Source: Calcarisporiella thermophila CBS 279.70 (taxonomy: Eukaryota > Fungi > Calcarisporiellomycota). From it: a stretch of 64,000 nucleotides of DNA. The first letter of the stretch is position 1; every line of letters begins with the position of its first letter. The notes below the pieces were generated by a model. It had not been told where the DNA came from. It was given only the letters and a program-made list of their open reading frames with translations, and did no database searches. The position numbers were made by a program, and so were the translations under genes. Location: assembly GCF_041956535.1 (NCBI RefSeq), contig NW_027192195.1:86370-150369 (forward strand). Direction: 5' to 3'. Below are positions 24,314 through 37,174 of this stretch, one piece after another.

Positions 24314-26311
24314 ATGTTTACTGGCCCTCGCATTCTTCGATGGCCGCGCCAACTTACTGGGCAACTATCCCAGTCAATGTTGCCTCGTATTCGCCACCCC
24401 CATCCGCTCTTACGAACAATAGCTACTGACGCCTCTAATACCCCAACATCAGCATCATCTGTCCCGACAGCATTAAAGCAAAATTCGGAACAAAATCTGC
24501 ATCCACGTCAGCGCGTTCCACGCACCTATCGTGACTTTCGTAATGCACTATTCACCAAAAATGCCGACGCCGCTTGGAAAGCTTATGAAATTTTGGGCAG
24601 CAGCGAACACATAACTTCTCGCGATTTAATCCAACTACGTCAAATTCTCTCCGCTCAAGCCCGCGAAAACTCGGAGGTTGGAGCTCGAAATGATGAGCGC
24701 ATTCTCCAGCTTGTCGCTGCTGAAAGTTTGAAAAAAAATGACGATGGGAAACACCTTGCAGTGCTGATGGATGTGATGAGAGCGCAGTATCGCCTTGGAA
24801 AGTACGCAGATGTATGTAAGACGTACGAAGAAATGATATCCGATGGAAAGAAACCAAATATTACGGCCTTTAATATGGTACTTGCTGCCATGGTACGAAG
24901 CGGGGATAATGCTGCAGCACGAACGCTCTTCGACTCGGAAGCAACCGGACATTTGGCGCCTACTCTGGTAACCTTTGAGAAACACGCTGCAAATCTTGTG
25001 CCATGGGGCGCAAAGGCATTAAGTGATGAAGAGATGGAGGTTGTCAAAGAATTGTTTGCAGAGGGTGTCAGACCCAACACTCCCGCGTTTACAACACAGC
25101 TCGGTCATCTGTTCAGACAGGGGAAGACACGCGAAGCCATCGAAGCGTGGAAGCGTCTTCGCGCCGATGGAGTCGAGTTAAATCAGTTAACCTATAGTAC
25201 CCTTATTGCTGGGTTGGCCGAAAATTATCGGCTACAAGAGGCTGGCGAAGTATGGAAGGAAATGCGTGAGAGCGGCATTAAACCCAATGAAGTCATGTAC
25301 AATGCAATGATCTCAGGAGTTAGCCGCCGCCCGGATATGCAGACTGCCGAAGCGCTTCTTAAAGAAATGCGTAAATCTGGCCTCCGTGCAGACATCATCA
25401 CCTACAATGCCTTGATTAGTGGTTATTTTAAAGCGCACAATGTGACAAAGGCTATCGACTTATTCCAGGATATACAGCGGCTGCGCTTGCCCCTCAACGA
25501 CGTGGTGTTCAACACCATGATCAATGGGTTTGTTTTACATGATCAAGTCGATACTGCAATGCAGATGTATGAACAGATGTCCGAGCATGGAATACGGCCT
25601 GATCATGTCACTTACAACACACTCTTACGGACCTTCCTTTCCAAGTCGCGAATGGACGAAGCGATGCACGTGCTAAGTGACATGGAGAAAAGTGGAATTT
25701 CTCCTGATGTTGTGACATATACAACCCTCATCGACCGGCTATTAGCGCGTTCTGAGAGAGAAGGAGCCGAGGCAGTGCTGCAGGCAATGCGTGGCTCGGG
25801 ATTGAAGCCTAACGAGGTTACGTTTGGCGCACTGATACGGGGATTACTGAAATCACGCGATGTGCGCGGTGCACTGCGCACCTTCCAAGAGATGGAGGCC
25901 GAAGGCATTAAGCCGAACGTTCGCACCTACACCAATCTTATCCAAGGCTTGTTCTCACTCGGGCATCCAATGCTTGCCGCACGAATGTACGATCGTATGA
26001 GGGCACAAAATATATCACCTGATCGTGCTACTTTCGACTCGTTGCTTGATGGGGTATTGAAGCTTGGGAGACCACAGGAAGCAAAGCAAATATACTCTCA
26101 GATGACCGCGGATGGAGTGCGCCCACATCCACGGACCTACTTCCTACTGTTGCGAGGATTCTTGGATCTGGGAGAAAAGGAGGCGGCTATTTCTGTGTAC
26201 GAAGATATGATTAGTAGCGGGTTTGTGCCAGAGCAGCGACATCTCTTGCAGCTCTGCAAGCAGGTCAAAGCTCTTAAGGACGCTTCTGCTGTAACTAAGG
26301 CGGACGAATAG
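24314..26311 (+). CDS. Pentatricopeptide repeat (PPR) protein, probably mitochondrial
   Basis: Intronless ORF with more than 10 tandem 35-aa motifs (TYNxLIxG...MxxxGxxPD/N) and an Arg-rich presequence-like N-terminus. Confidence 0.92.
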   Translation: MFTGPRILRWPRQLTGQLSQSMLPRIRHPHPLLRTIATDASNTPTSASSVPTALKQNSEQNLHPRQRVPRTYRDFRNALFTKNADAAWKAYEILGSSEHITSRDLIQLRQILSAQARENSEVGARNDERILQLVAAESLKKNDDGKHLAVLMDVMRAQYRLGKYADVCKTYEEMISDGKKPNITAFNMVLAAMVRSGDNAAARTLFDSEATGHLAPTLVTFEKHAANLVPWGAKALSDEEMEVVKELFAEGVRPNTPAFTTQLGHLFRQGKTREAIEAWKRLRADGVELNQLTYSTLIAGLAENYRLQEAGEVWKEMRESGIKPNEVMYNAMISGVSRRPDMQTAEALLKEMRKSGLRADIITYNALISGYFKAHNVTKAIDLFQDIQRLRLPLNDVVFNTMINGFVLHDQVDTAMQMYEQMSEHGIRPDHVTYNTLLRTFLSKSRMDEAMHVLSDMEKSGISPDVVTYTTLIDRLLARSEREGAEAVLQAMRGSGLKPNEVTFGALIRGLLKSRDVRGALRTFQEMEAEGIKPNVRTYTNLIQGLFSLGHPMLAARMYDRMRAQNISPDRATFDSLLDGVLKLGRPQEAKQIYSQMTADGVRPHPRTYFLLLRGFLDLGEKEAAISVYEDMISSGFVPEQRHLLQLCKQVKALKDASAVTKADE

Positions 26312-26543
26312 ATAAAAATTATAGAATTTGTATGTTTTTGCTCCTTCCCATCTTCTCTTTGTATCTAATTTTTATTTGATAAATATTTTGACGGTATGAT
26401 ATTTAATCAATGAAATTTTGAAAATCTTAATTGAATTTCAAATGAAAAAAAAAAGCAAAAGAAGGAATACAAATTATACAGTAGGGGTAAGAGGAAAATT
26501 ATTGAAAAGGCATTTACAATGGCAGGGAAAGAGGTTTTTCTTT

Positions 26544-27263
26544 TTAGACCACTTTTTCTATATCGGTTATAAAATTTCCAAACACCTTGTCCTTCATCTC
26601 AAACGTTGTTCCAAGTAACGCTTCCAGCGACATTTCATTCAACATATTTTCGTTCTCTTCCATTTCCTTTGTTGCTTCTTCAGAAGCAGTTCGATAAGTC
26701 GCTGGATCTAAACCTAAGTCTGCCGCTAAGCGTGCATCTAAATAGTCATCTCCTGCAATCTCCTTATCCACCGTCATCTCTTGCTGGTTTAGCGTATGGT
26801 GATCTTGAGGAACTGAGTCCAAAAATTGTTCAAAAAATTCAATACCATTCGGCTCAAGCGCAAACGGGAAATGCACCGGCATCTCGGTGGAGGAAGGGGG
26901 TGGAGTTGGAAGATCTATAGCAATGACATTCTTGTTCTTGGATGATTCATGTTTTTTTTTGGCAGGTGAGGTACTCATGGCAGTATTCTTGCGTTTTTTC
27001 GAAGTCGATTTTACAACATCAGATGAACCTTCGAGATTATGCATATATTGGACGAAATCATTCGAATCAAATGGGAATGAACACTAGAGGAGGGGAAAAA
27101 AAAAAGAAGGATCAATACATGTGTATTAACAAATGGGAAGTTGAGCAGGATTTTAACTATTTACCTCTGAGTTGACACACATGTCAAATTCACAGTCAAG
27201 ATTGATCTTTAATCTCTCCACAGCCGAGGAACATCTCGGGCACGCTGTGATCCCTGACGGCAT
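26544..27263 (-). CDS. Hypothetical nuclear protein with N-terminal C4 zinc ribbon (212 aa)
   Basis: Exons 27263-27165 and 27083-26544 give MPSGITACPRCSSAVERLKINLDCEFDMCVNSE|CSFPFD, followed by KKRK...KKK (NLS-like) and an acidic tail. Confidence 0.7.
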
Positions 27264-27449
27264 ATAAGTAAAGCAATAAAATTATAACTACGGTAAGATT
27301 GAAAGAAAAAGAAAATAGGTTTACCGACTTTAATATATTACTGTTGACAAAATTTAAACGTCACAAAAATAATTACGTCAACGCTCTCTGGAACTTGCCA
27401 CATATTCCTCTTTCCACCGAAAGCGCGTCTCATTCCACGGATTCTTAAA

Positions 27450-29459
27450 ATGTCCAATAGCGTCGACGAGATCTTCGGCATTATCAGTGCTGCCTCTACT
27501 CTCTCTGAGGATGGTACCATTAATCTCGATGTTCTCCGAGGACAACTCCTCCCTACGCTCAAGGCTACAAGTACTCAAGTGTTTCTGGAGATCAGTAGCG
27601 AAGGAGACCCTTTGACTCGATTGGATCCTGTTCGTGAGTCATTAGGCTATTTGTATTTTTTGTTAGTGCTCGATGTCATATGATTTTTGTGCTTCGAATT
27701 ACTCACTGAAAAGACCAATTTATATATAGGACGACACGGTGTCTTGAAGGCAAACCTGACGTCAACCAATTATTGCCACTAGTAATACGTTTCATTGAAA
27801 CCTGCGATGCAAAACAGATCCAACTTGCCCCAGAACAATGTGACTATTTTGCGGTATTTTTATAAATTTATAAGATAACTAAGAGCATGGTCTTTAGTTT
27901 CATTATTTGGTGATATACTCAGCCGATTTGCTACAGCGTTGGGCAAGGTAAATTTATTTTGGACTCTAAATATAATCACCCACTCACTAATGTCATACTT
28001 ATTAGCCTGTGATTTCTGTGAATCCTTTGATCGCTGCCATCAACAAGCTCGCTGTTTCCCCGACTCATTTGACAAAACTTCATCCCATTTTGGCCAAAGT
28101 ATTATATATCTGCTGCTTTTCCATTTCAATTATAATTGCTAATAGACACTGCTATTATTGTAAGGAATGCTTATTATCCAAATGCTATCGCGCAGCCCTC
28201 CCTATTCTCGACCACGATATCTCTGAAATCGAACCAGAGGTATGTTTAATAGATATATTTACATCTACTCGTGAGCTATTAATAATCCTGATTTTCCCAA
28301 CTATTATAGCAATATGCTATCAACATTCAGGATTATTTGTTATATCACTATTATGGGGGTATGATTTATATTGGGCTTAAGAGGTTTGAACGGGCACTTG
28401 AGTTTTTGAGCTTGGTGGGTCTGGATATTAGCATAAGTGCGTTTGTAATCATATTTAAATGTATACCTTTGCGCTTGATATTTAGGCAATTTCTGCTCCT
28501 GCTAATGCGGTCAGTACAATTCAATTGGAGGCATACAAAAAATATACGTTAGTGTCTTTAATTTTGAGAGGAAAGGTACCCTACTGCGATTAGATGTTTC
28601 TCATGACTGAACTCACCATTTCAATGACTTAGGTCGAACCCCCACCCAAGTGCATCTCCATCATAGTCCATCGCACCTTCAAATCGACTTGTACACCCTA
28701 TGTGACATTTTCTCAAGCATTCGAAGGTTCAAATGTGAAGCGGGTGCAGGCTGAATATGCAAAAATCCGCACCAGTTTCATTCAGGTAACATTGAAAGGC
28801 ATGCACCTTATTATTATGATTAAAAATTTATATCGCTTTACCCTGGAATAATAGGATAGAAATAATGGACTTGCAAAACAGAGCATACAAGCACTTTACC
28901 GCCGGAATATCCAGAAACTCACGCAAACATACCTCACGCTGTCACTTGCTGATATCGCTGAGGCCGTAGGAATCGAGGGGCCGAACGCAGCCAAGCTGGC
29001 TGAGAAATACATACTTGAAATGGTCCCTATTGCTCCTTCTATTTCATGTATGTCTGTATGCTAATTTTACGATCTTTCCAGATTGACAATAATGAAATCC
29101 ATGCTACCATCGACCATCGACATGCTGGAGGGATGGTCAGCTTTGTCGATGAGGAGTCAAGTCGATACTTGAATGCGGAAACACTAGAGCTGCTGAACGA
29201 CAAATTTGTTGCTGCGGCAAGACTACAAGAACGAGTCTCTTATATGGATAAGGCTATCTCATTAAATAAGGAATATTTATCCAAAGTAAGAGTGATTTCC
29301 TTAGCGCAGCCAAATTGAATATGCTGAATTAATGAGCCCTTTTGATCTTCTTTTCAGAGTTCTCAACTGGGTTCCTCCCTTGTGGACGCCGCAGTTTCCA
29401 TGGAGGGATCGGATTTGATGGTGTATGACGGTGGTTTTGTGGATGAGGGTCGCTTTTGA
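27450..29459 (+). CDS. CSN3: COP9 signalosome subunit 3
   Basis: SLGYLYFL, QIQLAPEQF, LTKLHP, YHYYGGMIYIGLKRFERAL, QLEAYKKYTLVSLI and NIQKLTQTYLTLSLADIA (PCI domain). About 11 introns. Confidence 0.92.
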
Positions 29460-29670
29460 GTGGAATTCTATGGCTTCTTGGAAGGGGAGATTGGACAAAA
29501 TCATTTCTTGTTTTGTTTTTCAATACATGTAGATATTTTTTCTTTTTAATTAAACGCAATATGCAACCGACGCTATAAAGTGGCGCAGATGTGACGGTGT
29601 TTATCGTTTTTCAATATCAAATCCCCTGAACATTTTTCATTTGCTAAGTATCCACCCAAATCAGATTATC

Positions 29671-32133
29671 ATGTCATTATTGCGAACGCTTTTGCGAGCG
29701 CGCAAACCCGTCACAAACAAATGGGCGGTATCGCCATGCTTCTCAGCCTATTTACGACCGGCGTCATTCGGTTACCAGCGGTGGAATTCGACATCCGCTT
29801 CTGCTGTCTCACAACTTCAGTCGGAACTGGATGCAGCGGACAAGGTAAGAAAGGGAATTGGCGAGCACCTCTACCTCTCCCCCTCCCCATTTGTCGATAA
29901 TTTGTGAAATGCCGGGCAAGAACTGATTTAAATTTGTAATTTTATCTACAGGAGAGACTGAATAGACTTCGCAACATCGGAATATCGGCCCACATTGATT
30001 CGGGCAAAACCACATTAACCGAGCGTGTTCTCTTCTACACAGGACGTATCAAGGAAATTCATGAAGTGCGTGGTAAAGACAATGTTGGAGCTAAGATGGA
30101 CTCGATGGAGTTGGAGCGCGAGAAGGGAATTACCATTCAAAGTGCGGCGACATATGCGAAATGGGGCGACTATAACTTTAACATCATTGACACTCCTGGG
30201 CACGTTGATTTCACTATCGAGGTCGAGCGTGCATTGCGAGTGCTGGATGGAGCTGTTTTGGTGTTGTGTGCTGTGAGTGGTGTGCAGGTGAGTTGCAAGC
30301 TGGCGTATCCATCATCTTGTTTTCAGTCTCGCTTATCATAATACGTATACTGTTGAAAAGAGTCAAACTATTACGGTTGATCGACAAATGCGTCGCTATA
30401 ATGTCCCTCGTATCTCCTTCATCAACAAAATGGATCGTGCCGGCGCGAACCCCTTCCGTGTCATCGATCAGATTCGCACCAAACTGCGGCTTCACTCTGC
30501 CGCACTCCAAGTTCCAATTGGTATGGAGGAAAACTTCAAGGGAGTGGTAGATTTGATCAACTGGAAGGCAGTCTATAACGAGGGCTATCGAGGCACCAGT
30601 GTTGTAGAGGGCGAGATTCCTGCCGAGCTCTTGCCCCTTGCTGAGCAGAAGCGTGCAGAGTTGATTGAAAATCTAGCAGAGGTCGATGACGAAATTGCAG
30701 ACTTATTCTTGATGGAGGAGCGCCCTACCGCTGAGCAGCTGGTGAACGCCATTCGCCGTGCGACCATTGCCCGCAAGTTTGCACCTGTATTGATGGGCTC
30801 TGCCATCAAAGATACCGCAGTTCAACCTCTTCTTGACGCCGTATGCAAATACCTCCCGAACCCTACGGAGGTCACGAATACCGCGCTTGATCAGCGTCAG
30901 CAAGAGAAACCAGTGCAGCTTGTATCGTCCTCTCGGAATCCTTTCGTTGGTTTGGCATTTAAGCTTGAGGAGGGCCGCTACGGACAATTGACCTACGTAC
31001 GAGTCTACCAGGGAGAGCTACGCAAGGGAGGATACATCACCAATGTGAAGACGAACAAGAAGATCAAGGTGCCTCGACTTGTGCGCATGCATGCGGATGA
31101 GATGGAGGATGTAGACTATGTGGGCGCTGGTGAGATCTGTGCCATGTTTGGCGTGGACTGTGCGTCAGGTGACACCTTCACCGACGGCACTCAGGCCTAC
31201 ACCATGACCTCTATGTTTGTTCCAGAACCCGTCATTTCACTATCTTTGACACCCAAGGGCAAAGAGTCTGCAAACTTCTCAAAGGCTCTGAATCGGTTCC
31301 AGAAGGAGGACCCGACCTTCCGAGTGCACGTCGACCCCGAGTCGAAGGAGACGATCATCTCAGGCATGGGCGAGTTGCATCTTGATATCTATGTCGAGCG
31401 CATGCGGCGTGAATACAACGTGGAGTGCACCACAGGCAAGCCCCAAGTCGCCTTCCGAGAAACCATCACCCAACCAGCCAGCTTCAACTACACACACAAG
31501 AAGCAAACGGGTGGTGCGGGTCAATTTGGTCGTGTGGTTGGCAGTATCGAGCCGTATGCAGGAGAGGTTGACGAGGCCACGGGAGACAAGAAAGATGTGG
31601 CGTTCGAGGACAGAGTCGTCGGTGGAAATATTCCCTCGCAATATATCCCTGCTTGTGAGAAGGGATTCATGGAGGCCCTTCAGGAGGGTTCGCTTATCGG
31701 ACACCCCGTCAAGGGAGTGCGCATGATTCTGGAGGACGGAGCTGCACACTCCGTGGACTCTAGCGAACTTGCATTCAAGGTTGCCACCATCCAAGCTTTC
31801 CGCGAGGCCTACGCTAAAGCCAAGCCCGTCATTTTGGAGCCAATCATGTCGGTAGACGTTACCGCGCCCGTCGAGTTCCAGGGTACCGTCATCGGGGGCT
31901 TGAATAAACGCAAAGGCACCATCATAGACACCGAGGTTGGCGAGGATTATTTCCAGGTGACAGCTGATGTCTCGCTCAATAACATGTTTGGCTACTCGAC
32001 TGAGCTACGGTCTGCGACCCAGGGCAAGGGTGAATTCTCCATGGAATACAAAGACCACTCACCGGTCATGCCATTTGTGCAGGAGGAGCTTATTGTAGAG
32101 TATAAAAAGCGGAAGCAGAGCGAGCAAAAATAA
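29671..32133 (+). CDS. MEF1: Mitochondrial elongation factor G1
   Basis: [52 protein letters not shown] and a mitochondrial presequence. Two introns. Confidence 0.97.
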
Positions 32134-32764
32134 TTGTTGATTTTCTTCCTTTCTCCATCATAGATTTATTGACTGTACTCAATAATAATAGAATATTTCT
32201 TCTCTTTCCTATTGAAACAACCCTAATCTTTCCCACTAATTTTCCAACCAACTGGATATTCTATTGTGGCAGGATATTATTGAATCCTGCGGTACACGAG
32301 GGTTTTACGTTCTTGCAATATAATAACAGTTCCATAAGAGCACACCAGAGGGAGCCACATGGTGTTTGGGTGGGGAGGAACATATTGGAGTACAGGAGGG
32401 TTTAGCCCAAGCACTGTGGGACTAACAAGGCTTCAAAAATAAAATGGCAGAGTGATCGGAATGAGTAAGGTTCTCATGCAAGTTAAATAAGTGAATCTTG
32501 CCCGTTTGTGCATAGTTCTGATTGAAGGCACGAGATGGCCTACTATTTTGGCGGCTTTATTACTGCGTCTCAGCCACGTCTGCCGAATGGGATTTAATGG
32601 TTAAGCCTCAATCTTGTCCGTGTAATGTAGCAATTAGGAAATGCTGAGCATTAATCAGGTTGTAATAAAATAGAAGCTTATTTCCTTTTATTTTCCTTGG
32701 GAGTTTTTTGTTTTGTTTTTTTTTTTTTTTTTTCCCTTTTCTGCTCTGTTGTTACGCGTTGAGG

Positions 32765-33665
32765 ATGCTTCGAAAGTGTTGCTGGGTTGTTCCCCTTCCC
32801 CTGGGAGCAATGCTCATTTCGACTCTCTTCTTGGTAAATCCTTCACCATTTTCTTTTTCCGACTGCGTGCTAAATTTGGATCAACTATAATTAGGCCATT
32901 GGGATTGCATACATGTCTGTTATGGTCATTTTCAGAGATGGTGCGTACTATGCGTCTCAAACTAATGCTATATTGTCTTAATTTTCATTCGAATTATCCT
33001 ATAGAAATTGCCTTGTATTACAACATAATGAACTGGGCTTTCTACACCCTTATTGGGGTGGGTGCAGTTATTGCGTTGTCGGGAGTTTTGGGCATTCTTG
33101 GAAGCTATCTCGTAATTATCGTTGCTTTACCCACTCCAGACTGTAGATAATCACTGTTCCTTTAGCGTCATTATCCCCTTGTCTTAGCACAGAGCATTGC
33201 TGCGTGGGTCTTTACTTTCTCGACCACATTAATAATGTTTGGGATCCTTGCTGTCTTTATCGTCAACCGCAACGTTATCATCGAAAACTGTGCTTACGAC
33301 GTAACCCAGAATATGTCTGCAGGGAGCAGTGGTTCAACTAAAGATGGCGAGTGGGTGATCCGGGAGGCGGTGGCCGCATGTAGCGGTCTAGTGCGAACGG
33401 TATCCATTGCGTGGACCGTTGTGAGCGGAGTGCTTTTTATCATTATGGTAAATTATTACTATTCATGTTGTCATGATGGCATCCAAAATTGCTTTTAATT
33501 GAAAACGAGAGGCTGATACTATACTCCGTTCCATTTTAGACCTACTTCTCGGCTGTAATTTCATCCTATGCCACTATTCTCAGTGTTAAGCAGAACCCGC
33601 ACTACAAAATGCGGCAGAGTCACGATTGGGAAGAAAAGGCTCAGGGCTTAGCCCAGCCATACTAG
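32765..33665 (+). CDS. Four-TM membrane protein (tetraspanin/LAPTM-like topology)
   Basis: Five exons: MLRKCCWVVPLPLGAMLI..., four hydrophobic segments, an extracellular loop with two Cys (ENCA...AACS), and a final exon TYFSAVISSYA...QPY*. Confidence 0.7.
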
Positions 33666-33970
33666 AAAATAATAGGACCTTTGTTTTTGAGCAACTACAG
33701 CTCAGTGTAGTGTTCTATTCCCCTCGATCATACCGTACCACTCAATTTGATTCAATTCTTGTTATTTTCCATTTCTTGTATATTATGATATCCTCTTAAT
33801 CTCACCTTCCATTCCTTGTAGATAAAATATGTTTATTTTTTTTATATTATTATTTTTTATTGAATAAAAGACTTAAGCACATCATTTTCCCTCATATTTT
33901 CAATGATGTTAGGCTTAGTGCCAACAACTTCGCAATTAATGAGTGGCTCCATTCCTATTCTCTCTCTACA

Positions 33971-34454
33971 TCATAATATCAGGTCATCGACAGTGGTGCC
34001 TCTGAAGCCTGTGTGTGTTCTTTCCAGTGGGATAAAGGCAATGTAAGCTCGCCCCTTATCTACATTTAGGACCTCTTGTAAGAATTTGAAAATGATTTGG
34101 CAATGGACCTTGTTCTGCTCTGAACCTAATTAAATGCACGAAAGAATTAGAAGAAAGTAACGGACAAATATAGTAGAAAATATACTGAGTGAGCCAATGG
34201 AATAGACTTTCACAGACGCAGTAGGATCGGTCGAGCCGCCAAACAACATAAAAACTTTTTCAAAGGAAACCGACATGATCTTTAAGTGGATATTAATTTT
34301 TTCACGAACATGAAAAAAAGGAAGAAAAAAAGGAAGAGCGACTATATACCTGCTCAGGCTTTCCCAATGACTTGGCCATATTTTTGGTGAGCGAGCTAAG
34401 GTGCAGCTCAAGATTGTCTGGCTCGACATTAGACTTGATCTCGATGAGTGGCAT
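33971..34454 (-). CDS. MIF: Macrophage migration inhibitory factor (MIF)/phenylpyruvate tautomerase family protein (117 aa)
   Basis: Exons 34454-34350, 34279-34186 and 34125-33971 join in frame: MPLIEIKSNV...LGKPEQ...MLFGGSTDPTA...SIG...RAYIAF...GFRGTT. Catalytic Pro1 is present. Confidence 0.9.
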
Positions 34455-35410
34455 GATGGCTCGCTTTGTTTTGAAAACTGTATGTTTCAATATCAATCCC
34501 GAAAGAATCGCCAAAAACAATTATCAAAAAAAAGGTGCTTCCTGAATCAATAATCTTGAAAAAAAACTCCTCGAACCCTAATATAGACTATTTTTGGCAA
34601 ATGATAATTTTGATTGCCTATCTAGAGTAACAGGAATTTCGAACGAAACGATAGAGTATACGACTGTCACTTCATAGTACTCAATTTGACGACTTTATAT
34701 GGAGTCAAAAATATTAAAGAATAAAGATTCGTACATACTGCCCTTTCTACAGCAAAATTTTAGAGGCACGAAAACATCACCTGCCCAACTAGCTACTGTA
34801 TTGCTCTTGGTTATCGGTAAAATAAAAGCCTCACTTGGGTTTATTCATAATAAGCAAGAAATCGTATTATTCCGACAATTAAGCACCCCCATTCGAAGTT
34901 GTGAAATTGTATGCTCGATATCATATGATTCTTGCTTCAAAAATACTTTCAATTTTTCATTCACAGCCTATCTTCGCATTATGCTATTGTGCACTGAGCT
35001 GACACTGGTGGCAAAGTGCCATCCTCTGGAAAGAGTAGAGCTGATGATTCGAAATAAGTGAAGAAAGAGTAAGCTTGCGGGATGGGACAGGACAATGATG
35101 GAAAAGTGGCAAGCGATGTTCGGAAAATCTGCAGGATAGATTACCCACTTGAGAGTGTAAAAAGCTACACTTGTTAATAGGATAAAATAAGCATATGATT
35201 ACTCTCCAAGCATTCTTGTGGAGCAATCTTAAACTATTGTATCAAGGACAAGTATCAGTACATTAGCAAAAAAAAAGGCAAAAAATGAATGTGAATGACT
35301 AAAGGAACAAAGAATATATATTCTACATCTTTGATATCGTAAGAAAAATGAATAAATAAGTATAATAAGGGGGAAAAAAATATGAATCAAATCTTGGAAT
35401 AAAAATTACT

Positions 35411-36850
35411 TTATTCAATTGACATTATGCGCTGCGAACTACTTGAGAGTTGGATGGTTCCATTTGTACGTAATACTGTTAGAAAAAAAAAAATAGATCG
35501 AGAGTTAGATGTATTTTAAGGCCAACGAATAAAGTCATTCAATATAATTACAGTGTTGCTTCAGCCCCTTTCCAAAATTCCGCCAACACATGCAAGCATT
35601 TGCAAAAGTCAAGGTTAACGCTGCGAGTGACATGGCGGCGTAAGTCGTCAGAAACTTGATGATGTTTTCATATTTGTGGGCCTGGGTTGGATCATACATT
35701 CGGCGAATCTTGTAGCAGAAATAGACAACCCCACAGAGCAAACCGAAGAGGAACACTCCCATCATTGCACGCGATTCGTGGCGCACACTCCATCCGGCGA
35801 TGAAAAGGATCACCACCGTTAGTGGTATGGCCATAATCGTCAGAGGATATTCAATATCTCCTTGCTGTAGTACCAAGACCAGAAATTGAATGCTAGAAAA
35901 ACAAAATATGCCTTATGAATCCAAACCGACCCGATTAATAAGCAGAGCGCCATGATTATTATACCTGAAGCCAAGGAAGAATAAAATATCAAGCTTTAAG
36001 AGCATAAGGAAAACTTGATATGTCCTATACATAGCTAAAATATCATGGTAATAATTAGCCATGGCTCACTTTTGTTTTCGCAGTCATACATGCACAAGCT
36101 TGCCAACTTACTTTTCATCCGTGGGTCAGCTCCTATTTTTTTGTATATGCTCCATCCAAACTCTTTGTAAAGCATAAAGCCCAAGTAACAATAGACACAC
36201 TCTGTAAGACTGGTAACCACCGTCACCCCGATAAGCTTCAGTCGAATGGGTTCAAAGCCCTCTAAATCGCCCAGGGTATCTCTTATCTGGTTAAATTGTA
36301 TAACAGCGAAAAAAAAGAGGCACAGATTGCTGATTGCAAAGCCTATTATTTGGATGGTATTCTGTTGAATGAGCTTTAAAAATGAAACAGATACAACAAT
36401 TTAGCAAGCGTTACGAGAAATAAACAACACATGATCCATGGCATAAGGTACTTACTGCATCCAGTATTAAAATGGCATTAAATACTTGTGAAAAAACAAA
36501 GATAATTAAGTAAACGGGGATGCCTTTGCTAAGGCCTTCTGTCTTGTTTCTACGAGCATTAGAAAAAAAAAGAGAGCATATGAGCTATTTGATGAATATA
36601 TGCATTAGATTGTAGATGCAACGCATAAATACATACTTGATCCCGTGGTAGTCATTGGATATTAATGATTCGAGGATGATAACTATCAGTGCTTCACAAA
36701 GCACCACCCCTAGGGTGAGCTTGGCATAAAATGTTGTAGGTATCAGCTAGAGGTGAGGAAGGGAGAGAGATGCATAGATATTTTTAGAAATGGGAAGTTT
36801 ACGAATTTCAGTGGAAATCGTGTTACCTCTTTAAGCCGAGCCAGATGCAT
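35411..36850 (-). CDS. UPF0658-like Golgi multi-pass membrane protein
   Basis: NTIQIIGF, LYKEFGWSIYKKIGAD, LLKLDILFFLGF..QFLVLV and CWRNFGKGLK motifs. Multi-exon. Confidence 0.82.
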
Positions 36851-37174
36851 AGTCAGAGATGCTCGCTACGCAGACCGAGTAGAGGAGAGGATGCGGAAAA
36901 TGAATGGAGAGTCAGAGATTAAATCCGAGGATGAAAAGGATGAGATTCCCTTCCAAGCTAAATATGCGAAACAAATTTAATATTTTTGGTGTGCAGGTTA
37001 AACCTGTCAATCCACTTTTCGGAGAACAAATGCGAATTGCTTTCAGAAACCCTCCAGACACTAAGGTAGGGGATTCTTCGGCGCAAAAATAGATTTATTA
37101 GCTTATCCTCTAACACTCAGGAGAAACAAAGGATATCAAAACCATATGTGCACAAAACTTCGAGATAAATTAGG

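Noticed and set aside
34699-35226. ORFs between MIF and the UPF0658-like gene
   Set aside because: AT-rich with no coding-like composition or motifs, so probably intergenic.
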